Assembly: GCA_002269645.1 (NCBI GenBank) | Contig: NIVC01000278.1 | Span: forward strand, 310,001 to 374,000 | Length of the DNA stretch: 64,000 nucleotides | Reading direction: 5' to 3' | Source of the DNA: Macrostomum lignano | Lineage: Eukaryota | In this document: positions 36,952 to 48,400 of the stretch, piece after piece | Numbering within the stretch: the stretch's first letter is position 1 | How the letters are laid out: every line of letters begins with the position of its first letter | Notes under the pieces: generated by a model | What the model was told of the DNA's origin: nothing | The model's input: the letters and a program-made list of their open reading frames with translations, nothing else | Database searches by the model: none | Translations under genes and position numbers: made by a program

Positions 36952-39589
36952 ATGAATTTGTCAAAGAGCGGCAGTCAGCAGGCTCTGGCGCCTGCCGAGC
37001 GGTACGAGACCTGCCCAATGTGCAGCACCTGCGTGGTGGAGAGCCGCCTCATCTGCCAGGCCTGCGTTCGTATGGGGAACTTTACTGCAATTCGAGATGA
37101 TGTCACCTTTGCCCAGTTGCAGGTGAGCAGATGTGGGCTCGGGCTCTTAGGGTACATTGGGACTCCCAATGTAAATCCCCAGTTGATGGGCCACCAGCCT
37201 CCCAGAGTGTCAGTTGCCGGTGCAGGCTCCCAGATCCTCAGTTGCCGGGCCAGGCTCCCAGATCCTCAGTTGCCAGGCCAGGCTCCCAGATCCTCAGTTG
37301 CTAGGCCAGCCTCCCAGAGTGTCAGTTGCCGGGGCAGGCTCCCAGATCCTAAGTTGCCGGGCCAGGCTCCCAGATCCTCAGTTGCTGGGCCAGCCTCCCT
37401 GAGTGTCAGTTGCCGGTGCAGGCTCCCAGATCCTCAGTTGCCGGGCCAGCCTCCCTGAGTGTCAGTTGCCGGTGCAGGCTCCCAGATCCTCAGTTGCCGG
37501 GCCAGGCTCCCAGATCCTCAGTTGCCGGGCCAGCCTCCCTAACCAGCACTGAGGCCTCGCACTGCCCCGCCTCCCGGTCCCGCAGGCCCTGCAAAGCGAG
37601 CTGATCTCACAGAAAGCCAATCTCGAGTCGCAGACGGAGGCGGTCGCCAACCCTTCGTCGTCACCGTCTGCCAGCTCCGCCCTGTCGCGCCGCTGCGAGA
37701 GCCGCCTCCGCTTGAAACAGCTTCGGCGCGCCCTGTCCGACGCACGCGAGGCCGTCGGCGCCGAGCGCTCGCGTCGCTCCGCAGCGCGCCAGGCGTGCGC
37801 GGCGCTGAGCCGAGAAGTGGAGGCCTACAGGCGGAAGACGGCAGATCTCACAGCCGGTCTGAACAGCCTCCGCGATCGCTACAATGCTGGGCGGGCGCGA
37901 GCCGAGCGCGCAAGACATGGCGCCGCTAAAAAGGCGCGCAGTGTGTGCCGAATGATTGCGACTGAGGTGAGGCCTTGTAGCTGTAGCTTGAGATTCTCAT
38001 TCAATTCTCATAACCCCGTCTCATGAGATTCTCGTCACCCAGTCATGAGATTCTCATCACTCAGTCTCATGAGATTCTCATCACTCAGTCTCATGAGATT
38101 CTCATCACCCAGTCTCATGATAAGATTCTCAGGTGTAACACCCAGTCTCATGGTGAGATTCTCATTACCCAGTCTCATGAGATTCTAATCACTCGGTCTC
38201 ATGAGATTCTCATCATCCAGTCTCATGAGATTCTCATCACTCAGTCTCATGAGATTCTCAACACCCAGTCTCATAATGAGATTCTCATCACTCAGTCTCA
38301 TGAGATTCTCATCACTCAGTCTCATGAGATTCTCATCACCCAGTCTCATGATAAGATTCTCATCACTCAGTCTCATGAGATTCTCATCACTCAGTCTCAT
38401 GAGATTCTCATCACCCAGTCTCATGATAAGATTCTCAGGTGTAACACCCAGTCTCGTAATGAGATTCTCACCACTCAGTCTCATGAGATTCTCATCACTC
38501 AGTCTCATAATGAGATTCTCATCACCCAGTCTCATAATGAGATTCTCAACACCCAGTCTCATAATGAGATTCTCAACACCCAGTCTCATAATGAGATTCT
38601 CAACACCCAGTTTCATGATGAGATTCTCATCACCCAGTCTCATGAGATTCTCATTACCCAGTCTCATAATGAGATTCTCAACACCCAGTTTCATGATGAG
38701 ATTCTTATCACCCAGTCTCATGATGAGATTCTCATCACCCAGTCTCATAATAAGATTCTCAACACCCAGTCTCATGATGAGATTCTCATCACCCAGTCTC
38801 ATGATGAGATTCTCATCACCCAGTCTCATGAGATTCCCAGTCTGCTCATTCTCAATCTCATCTCACTAAACGTCCGTGCTCCCATCCCGGCAGGTGTACA
38901 ACCTTCACGAAACGGAGCGCAGCATCGTGCATCACCGTCTGCGCCTGCCGCCTCTGTCCAGCTTCCCCAGCCGCAGCTTGGAACCGGCTCCCGAGACCTA
39001 CCAGGCCCTCCTAGCCGCCAGCTCCCTGCTGCAGGCGCTGACCGCCTGTCTGGCCACCTGGACCCCGTTCCAGCCGGTGCCGATCACCTTCATGCGCAGC
39101 CCCCTGTCCCGCGACTCCGTGAACGCTCAGCACGCCAAACTGCAGGTGGCTCTGCACTCTCTGTGCAACCGCTACCATCACTGCCTGGCTCTGTACGCGC
39201 CTGGCGACCCACTGCTGACCCTGTGCCGGCTGCTTGAGTCTTCTCAACTAGGCGTGGAATTCGCCAGTGCATCATCAACTGAGAAAAACGACCACCAACT
39301 AACGAATGAGGTCGAGCCGCAGTGCGTACAAGTAGGCTATGATCCTATTCACGTCAGAGCTGAATGGGAACTGCCCGCTGTCATTGGTAGCACCACTTCC
39401 AGTCTGCACGATGCCTCTTGTTCTAGTAGGCTGTTGCCGTCGCAAGCTTTTTTCCCAGCCTCGCCTGCGGCTGGCAGAGTCGACGAAGGCGACGACGACT
39501 GGGTTGAAGTTGACGACGGGTTCTCTATCCCGGTGGACGAGAGCTGCTACGAAGGTCGCTCGGCGTTTCTGACATCGTTGTGGCGTTGA
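36952..39589 (+). CDS. ATG14: ATG14/Barkor, class III PI3K complex I subunit, 3 exons, about 415 aa
   Basis: Exons 36952-37122, 37586-37966 and 38894-39589, GT-AG and phase 0. N-terminal Cys repeat CPMC...RLICQACVRMGNF, a long coiled coil in exon 2, an ATG14-like helical domain (LSRDSVNAQHAKLQVALHSLC), and an acidic DDDWVEV motif plus a terminal amphipathic SAFLTSLWR resembling the BATS end. Confidence 0.82.
37188..37540. repeat. 28-bp minisatellite family A, copy 3 (inverted), ATG14 intron 1
   Basis: CCCAGATCCTCAGTTGCCGGGCCAGGCT is the reverse complement of unit A with small changes. Confidence 0.95.
38000..38835. repeat. 24/27-bp minisatellite (GTCTCATGAGATTCTCATCACTCA), ATG14 intron 2
   Basis: Tandem copies with the palindromic core TCTCATGAGA. 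Confidence 0.95.
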
Positions 39590-39714
39590 CTGATTGATTG
39601 ATTTTGTCATTACCTGGCTTTTGTGATCCTTGAGAGTTTTATGGTTTTAGCGTTATAAGCAATTTTTGATTTGCATGATTTGTAATTATGGAATTCGGGA
39701 TCTCTACTATTCAC

Positions 39715-40345
39715 TATCGAGATCTCTGGGATTAACAACCGAGATCTCTGAAGGATTAACAATTGGGATCTCTGAGGTATTAACAATTGGGATCTCTGAA
39801 GGATTAACAATTGGGATCTCTGAAGGATTAACAATTGGGATCTCTGAGGGATTAACAATAGGGATCTCTGAAGGATTAACAATTGGGATCTCTGAGGGAT
39901 TAACAATAGGGATCTCTGAAGGATTAACAATTGGGATCTCTGAGGGATTAACAATCGGGATCTCTGAAAGATTAACAATCGGGATCTCTGAAGGATTAAC
40001 AATCGGGATCTCTGAGAGATTAACAATTGGGATCTCTGAGGGATTAACAATTGGGATCTCTGAGGGATTAACAATTGGGATCTCTGAGGGATTAACAATC
40101 GGGATCTCTGAAGGATTAACAATTGGGATCTCTGAGGGATTAACAATCGGGATCTCTGAGAGATTAACAATCGGGATCTCTAGGACTCACAATCGAGATC
40201 TCTGGGATTAACAATCGGGATCTCTGAGGGATTAACAATCGGGATCTCTGGGATTAACGATCGGGATCTCTGAGGGATTAACAATCGGGATCTCCCGGAT
40301 TAGCAATCGGGATCTCCCGGATTAACAATCGGGATCTCTGGGATT
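39715..40345. repeat. 24-bp minisatellite (GGGATTAACAATCGGGATCTCTGA)
   Basis: Tandem copies downstream of the ATG14 stop. Confidence 0.95.
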
Positions 40346-40934
40346 TTTATGTACGAGTACAATCCATGTGTAGGAAGCCAGAATGCAATATGCTTCGCAT
40401 TGTTTTTTTAGCTTGCAGGGATGTCCAGTTCTATCAATAGGATTTTATTCAGCTCCTATGATTTTTTAAGATTTAAGATTTTAGTCGACGTATCGCGGGA
40501 TATTTTAGCATCGATCCCAAGATTCCAGATCCTCTGAGTCAGTTTTACCAAATTTGTCTTATCCAATTTTTGTTCGTTCAAGCGCACAGACTTCAAGGAT
40601 ATTTGTTTACCAAATAAAATAATAGTGCTTTTTCACTTAAAAGCCTACTTTCAGTAGTTTTGCATCTCAGTAGGTCATGTTGTGCATATAAAAAGAAATA
40701 TACGCGTTTTGTGTGTTATACCGTGACAAACCTGGGCCTGCTCTTTTTTGTCTATATTCTCTGCACTTAATTGTGAATTAATGAATTTTTTAACTAATAT
40801 AATATTCAAGCTATTATTCATAATTGCGTCACATTTACAGTTTTGCGCTCAGTTCCTAAAGTTTGGTTACTGTTTAGGATACTAAAGTTTGACGTATGTA
40901 ACTAGCAAATCTATTTTATGCTCTATATTGGGGT

Positions 40935-41155
40935 GCTGGTGTGTGGGGTCAGTGTGTGTACAGTGTACATTGGGGTGAGTGTGTGTACAGTGTACATTGG
41001 GGTGAGTGTGTGTACAGTGTACATTGGGGTGAGTTTGTGTACAGTGTACATTGGGTGCTAGTGTGTGTACAGTGTACATTGGGGTGAGTGTGTGTACAGT
41101 GTACATTGGGTGCTAGTGTGTGTACAGTGTACCTTAAGTGCTAGTGTGTGTACAC
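40935..41155. repeat. 27-bp minisatellite (GTGTGTGTACAGTGTACATTGGGGTGA)
   Basis: Tandem copies. Confidence 0.92.
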
Positions 41156-41871
41156 ATATCTAATCTGATTGACAAGCATCAAAGTTCAGTGCACTGTACC
41201 AGCAATATGCATTGCAGTTGTTACAAATTTATATTTGTTTTACGGCACTTTAAAAACGTACAATAGAGAAATGACAGACTAACAAAAGATTGCCAAAGAA
41301 AGAGTTTGGCTATATTTTTAAAATGAAAAGCCACAGCTTACGTGTCACAATACATTGCTGTTTTGTTTACTTATTATTGTGTTTAAGATGTGGCATTACG
41401 AGTACAATGTTAGCATGCAAAAACAAAGTCTATTTGTGAAATTAATCAACGATATATACGGCTACCAAAAAATAAGAATGATTTAAGTAGCTAAAGTAAC
41501 TTTAGTTAAGAACCAACCGCCACTGTTACCGCCACCTTCAGGTGCTATTATAAATATCAGATACGGGTATTGTGGAATTTATAGCAAATACATTTGCACT
41601 TTACGAGTAGTACGCATCACTGGGGCTATTAAATCAGAGAGCGTACAAGATTGTTTGCAAGTAGTATATATAGCAAGAAAGGTTAAATTTATACTTTGGC
41701 TTTGAAAATTTTGGTTTTCTGTTTGACTCTGTGTTCGAGTAGTTGTTAGACTACTATTAGTAATTCGGGATTGTGCTGTGAGTTTTTCAGTGCTTTCTTA
41801 GCTATTAGAAAGCCAAAGCGATGAGTACTTGAATTTTTTGCCCCATATTATGCATTTGGGGATCAGAGGGG

Positions 41872-42079
41872 GCAGACAGACAGGCAGACAGACAGACGGA
41901 TAGACAGACACACAGACAGACAGACAGACACTAAGACAGACAGACAGACTAAGACAGAAAGACACTAAGGCAGACACAAAGACGGACAGACAGACAGACA
42001 GACACTAAGACACACAAACAGACAGACGGACAGACACTAAAACACAGACAGACAGACAGACAGACAGACACTAAAACAC

Positions 42080-42136
<57 letters not shown>

Positions 42137-42165
42137 TAGACGGACAGACAGACAGGCAGACAGAC

Positions 42166-42196
<31 letters not shown>

Positions 42197-42217
42197 TAGA
42201 CGGACAGACAGACAGGC

Positions 42218-42256
<39 letters not shown>

Positions 42257-42272
42257 TAGACGGACAGACAGA
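41872..42272. repeat. (GACA)n microsatellite
   Basis: Direct inspection. Confidence 0.95.
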
Positions 42273-42421
42273 ATGCTCAAGACACAGAAGTGAAAACTCC
42301 CACCAAACAGTGTATACAAGCAGGGCATACATGTATTAGCTCAGAGCTAATATTATGAAAAGAACGAAGACTATTCAGTCTATTGCATAGTCTTGGTCGC
42401 CCCACGGATGGTTTTCAAATC

Positions 42422-45400
42422 TCAAGCCCTGGCAACGGAGTCGCCACCAACAAGAGCCTCAGCATCAGTTTGTAGTTGCAGCCGTTGGCTCTGCAAAGTC
42501 TCCGCGTCCATCAGGGCCTGCTTGGCTAGGTACTGCTCCCTCTTGATCTTCACCTGCAGCACTTCCGGCACGTCCGGGATAAGAATGTCCAGCATCCGGC
42601 TGATGAAGAACACCACGTGCTGAGCGGGCAGTGTGGTAGAGATAAAAAATTAAACTCGTGTTTTTTCTTTAGTCACTTCAAAGTTACATGTAAGTGGCGG
42701 CACATCAAAGGATTCTAGAGTAGTGGCGGCACATCAAAGGATTGTAAAGTAGTGGCGGAACAATAAAGGATTCTAGAGTAGTTGAAGAATATCAAAGGAT
42801 TCTAGAGTAGTTGAAGAATATCAAAGGATTCTAGAGTAGTTGAAGAATATCAAAGGATTCTAAAGTAGTGGCGGCACTTCAAAGGATTTTAGAGAGTAAT
42901 GGCGGCACATCAAAGGATTCTAGAGTAGTTGAGGAACATAAAAGGATTCTAGAGTAGTTGAGGAACATCAAAGGATTCTAAAGTAGTTGAGGAACATCAA
43001 AGGATTCTAAAGTAGTTGAGGAACATTAAAGGATTTTAGAGAGTAATGGCGGCACATCAAAGGATTCTAGAGTAGTGGCGGAACATCAAATGATTCTAGA
43101 GTAGTGGCGGAACATCAAAGGATTCCAGAGTAGTGGCAGCACATCAAAGGATTCTAGAGTAGTGGCGGCACATCAAAGGATTTCAGAGTAGTGGCGGCAC
43201 GTCAAAGGATTTCAGAGTAGTGGCGCACGTCAAAGGATTTCAGAGTAGTTGAGGAACATCAAAGGATTCTAGATAAGTGGCAGCACATCAAAGGATTCTA
43301 GAGTAGTGGCGGCACATCAAAGGATTTCAGAGTAGTGGCGGCACTTCAAAGGATTTCAGAGTAGTTGGCGGCACATCAAAGGATTCTATAGAGTAGTGGC
43401 GGCACATCACAGGATTCCAATGTATTGGCGGAACATCAAAGAGCCTGCAGTTAGTGGCGGCACAACATGAAAGACAGAAAGAAGCCTTGGACCGGGCTCA
43501 CCTCAAACACGATCACAAAGGCCAGGCGCACCGCTAGCAGCTTCCAGTAGAACATGGTGTAGTGGCCGTCCTCGCCTCTGAATGCCTTGTAGCGGCACGG
43601 CTGAGCAGTCGAGTTGGCCGGCGACCAGGCCAGGGTGAAGTTGGTGTAGCCGTGCAGCTCAGAGTCGAACTGGTACTTGTACAACTCCTTGGGCAGGAAC
43701 TCAGAGGTGAAGGCGATTAAAAAGGCCTGCCAGTGGGAGTTAATAAGCATAACAGAAATTGTTAATTTTTGCCCAGATTTCTGGGTAAAAAGTCTGCCTC
43801 ATTATCTACCTCCTCAAAAATCAATATAATCCGCCCCATTTCCCGCGCCTAGAATAATCTAAGATCTGAAATCCACCCCATGTTCCGCCCCTCAATAGTC
43901 TAAAAACCGTCCGATTTTCCGCCCCTAGATTAATCTAAAATCCGCCCCATTTTCCTCCCCCTCAACAATCTAAAATCCGCCCCATTTTTCCCGCTTACGA
44001 GCGTAATAATCCAGAATCCGCCCATTTTTCGCCCCTAGAGTAACTTAAATCCGCCCCATTTTCCGCCCCTAGAGTAACCTTGAATCCGCCCCCATTTTCC
44101 GCTCACTCCTCAATAATCTAAAATTCGCCGATTTTCCGCCCCAACTCACATTGGAGATGACCGACAGCTGCACGATGACATCCAGCAAGGTGAACCAGAC
44201 CCCAATGTCCTGCGCCCGCTCGGACACCGGCCGCCGGGTCTCGCAAACCAGCTTGCTGGCATCCAGCCGGATCTCCAGCCAGTTGTTCAGCAGGGCGAAG
44301 AACGGCGCCAGAGGGAAGGCGGCTACAAAAATGGTGATGAAGCCGAACTGCAGCACCATCTCCAGGTATTCTTCGAATAGGCCTTCGTAGGGAATTAGCT
44401 GGTAATCTGCCTGGCACCGGCTGGCCTCGGCCTCCTGACTGCGGCTCCAGTTCAGGCCCTTGGTGAACCGGTGGATCCAGGTGAATAATTTCCTGGGTAG
44501 GATCGGTGGAGTTTCAATGAGCCATTCCTTTGCCCTGGGGAAAAGCTTTGAGAGCAGCGACTTTGAGCGAGACAGTGGCGGAGGAACTGGGAGCTCGTTG
44601 GTCTGGTACAGACTCTTCTTCTCTCTGTCTTCCCTCCATCCCGAATCTGCCTCTCCCTCTCTCCTTCACCCTCCCTCCCTTACCCTCTCTCCCTCTCTCC
44701 CTCTCTCCGTCCCTTCCTTACCCTCTCTCCCTCTCTCCCTCCCTCCCTTACCCTCTCTCCCTTCTCTCCCTCTCTCCCTCCCTCCCTTACCCTCTCTCCC
44801 TCTCTCCTCTCTCCCTCCCTTCCTTACCCTCTCTCCTTCTCTCCCTCTCTCCCTCCTCCCTTACCCTCTCTCCCTCTCTCCCTCTCTCCCTCCCTCCCTT
44901 ACCCTCTCTCCCTCTCTCCCTCTCTCCCTCCCTCCCTTACCCTCTCTCCCTCTCTCCCTCCTCCTTACCCTCTCTCCCTTCTCTCCCTCTCTCCCTCCCT
45001 CCCTTACCCCCTCTCCCTCTCTCCCTCTCTCCCTCTCTCTCTCCCTCCCTCCCTCACCCTCTCTCCCTCACCCTCTCTCCCTCACCCTCTCTCCCTCACC
45101 CTCTCTCCCTCACCCTCTCTTGCCTCACCTTCTCTCCCTCACCCTCCCTTCCTCTCTCAACCCTCTCAGTCTCACCCTCCCTCCCCACGCAATCTCCGTT
45201 CCTGTCTCTTAAACCGAATGCGCAGCAGCAAAGTCCAAAGCCCCACTCACGGCAGGAAAACCTCCTGGCAGTTGTTGATGATCTGCTTGCCGATCATGAT
45301 CACGGCCAGCTGCTGGGCCAGCTCGATCAGGCAGCCGCCGTTGTCGCATTCCTCGTTGCGCAGGCCAAAGAACTTAATGTACTTTCCCGGGTAACCGGTG

Positions 45401-48400
45401 AACCTGCACAGGTACGATAGTATGGATTAGCTTTATGCTTTACTACTCTGATAATTAAAGTCATGATTGAACAAAATCCGAACTCACTTTCCCTTGAAGA
45501 ATGCGATGTAAAAAATTGACGAGTAGAAATTGACAAACTGGAAGATGAACACCTTCAGGATGAGCTGGTCCTCGAACTCCGTCTGCGTGCGGTGCATCTC
45601 TGCGAGCGAGGCCAGTACACTTATGATGCTAAAAATAGCTTAGGATTCTCTGTACACTCTGATTCTAAAAATAGCTAAAGGATTTCCTATACACTCTGAT
45701 TCTAAAAATAGCTGAGAGATTTCCTGTACTCTCTGATTCTAAAAATAGCTCAGTGATTCTCGGTACATTGATTCTAAAATAGCTCAGGGATTCTCTGTAC
45801 ACTGATTCTAAAAATAGCTCAAGGATTCCCTGTACACTATGATTCTAAAAATTGCTCAGAGACTCTTTTGGCATAGCTCTTTAGACTATAAACCCATTTT
45901 ACATAAAATTGTCTATAAAACCACTACAACTAGATAAATAGCGCAAGTATTTCCCTCGGCTACCGCTTACCCCACTGAGTCAGTTTGTAGGCCAGCTTCT
46001 CGTACACCTTGCCCAGACTCATGATGAGGATCAGATTGACAATGGCGGCGGAACCGCTCGCCACCGTGGACGCTTGCGATCGAAGCAGCGGATTTTGAAA
46101 TAGCGGAATAGCGATCAGCACCCGGTAGATAATGACGGCGATTATGAATATTACGACGATTACCATCTGGGGAGATTGTAGTCAGGAGTTGCTTTATACA
46201 ATAAATTATTTTCGGAAGAAAAACTTCGTTCTATATTTTTTTTATTTTTCTTTTCTTTTTTTCTTCTTGTTTTAAATCTTTTCGGGAGAATCCCTTCGGG
46301 AGAATCCCTTCGGGAGAATCCCTTCGGGAGAATCCCTTCGGGAGAATCCCTTCGGGAGAATCCCTTCGGGAGAATCCCTTCGGGAGAATCCCTTCGGGAG
46401 AATCCCTTCGGGAGAATCCCTTCGGGAGAATCCCTTCGGGAGAATCCCTTCGGGAGAATCCCTTCGGGAGAATCCCTTCGGGAGAATCACTTCGGGAGAT
46501 TTCATAAGGGAGAATCCCTTCGGGAGAATCCGTAAGGGAGAACCACTTTGGGAGAAACTCAATTACTCGTAGAAGACAAAGAAATCGCTCAAGAAGATTG
46601 ACTCCTAAAAAATTCTCACAGAAAATTGCTGAGAGAGAATCACCGGTGAGCGAAGCTAATGAGAGATAAATAATGATAGAGAATCATAGAGAATGGCTCA
46701 TATAGAATCGCTCAGAGATCCTGTGATAGACAATCGCTCATAAGTAATGGATCATAAAAATGCTCATGAAACATTGCCCATAAAGAATTGCTCATACACC
46801 ATAGCTCATAAAGAATCGCTAATAGAGAATCGCTCATGGAGAATCGCTCATAGAGAATCGCTCAAAGAGAATCACTCATAGAGAATCGCTCATAGACTAT
46901 TGCTCATAACCAATCGCTCATAGAGAATCGCTCAAAAAGAATCTCTCATAGAAAATTTCTTATCGAAAATCGCTCATAGAGAATCACTCATAGACTATCG
47001 TTCCTAAAGAATTGCTCATAGACTATTGCTCATAAAGAATCGCTCATAGACTATTGCTCATAGAGAATCGCTCATAGAGAATCGTTCAAAGAGAATCGCT
47101 CATAAAGAATCACTCATAAGGAATCGCTCAAAGATAAAAAAGGCTTCTCACGGGGATGCCTAATGAAAAAATAGATACTATAATTTCACTTACCATAATG
47201 ATAATACACGTGATGCCGGTGATGATTCTAGGAATGCGCAGGCTATTAGGAAAGTGCGGCTCAAGATTCCCCGTGACGGGATTTCGCTCATACGAGGAGC
47301 AAAGCGCTGAGTACTCCGGCCTCGGTCGCTCTTCGTCCTCTTCGAAGTCCATGACGTCCCAGTGGTGCGCCAGTGAGGCATTTTTGCGTTTCCAGTTTTC
47401 CAGGAAAGTTACGGCTAGAAAAAAGAGTAGCTTCATAATTCAGCCAAATTAGTCTACTTAAAGTAATCTGTTGGATAAAAGTGTGTATTTTGAGTTCTTT
47501 CTATAGATACATTAGAAATAAGTGCATCTTACCCCAGAAGGCCACGAACACTGAGTAGAACACGGTGCCTGGATGGTCAAACAAATAGGAGATCCGCATG
47601 AACATGCAGATGTCGCTCAGGTACCAGTACTTGCAGCCAATGGCCTCGTCGCACAGTGGGCACATCTTGTAAGTCATGTTGCTCTCGCAGACCTCGTTAC
47701 TGACAGTTGGATTTGGGTTAGGCTTCAGTTTAGGGTTTAGGTTAGGCTTCAATTTAGGGTTTAGGTTAGGGTTTAGGTCAGGTCAAAGGTCCAAACCAAA
47801 GGTCAAAGACCTAGATCCCTGACCAAAGGTCAGAGTTTAGGTCAGGGTTTAGGTTAGGGTTTAGGTCAGGGTTTAGGTTAGGCTTCAAGTTAGGTTTTAG
47901 GTTAGGGTTTAGGTTAGGGTTTAGGTTAGGGTTTAGGGTTAGGGTTTAGCTTATGGTTTAGGTTAGGGCTTAGGGTTAGCGTTTGGCTAAAGCAACAAGG
48001 TTATATGCTTTTCTGAGCCATTTCTAGGAAATGTTAGGAGTCTTTTACACGCATATCAAATCTTCTTTATGCAACAAAGCATAATTTGCATTTATGTATA
48101 GATTGAGTAGTCTATATCAATTACGTATATAGTTATGAAAAGCTGAGTTTCGCTTGATTTCGCTTCGATGAGAAGAGTCAACAGAAGTGTCAGAAAATTG
48201 AGATAATAAATTATTTATGAGGGTCTGAGACCTACTTCCCGACTTACCATATATGAATCCCGAGGGAGAAGAAGGCACTCGAAGAATATGGAAGGCTCTT
48301 AAGAAGAGTATTCGCATTGAGTGAACTTTTAAGGTAACTTTGATCCCGCAGTTTCCAAAGCGATAGCCTAAAATACTATTTAATATTTTCTTTAAATCTA

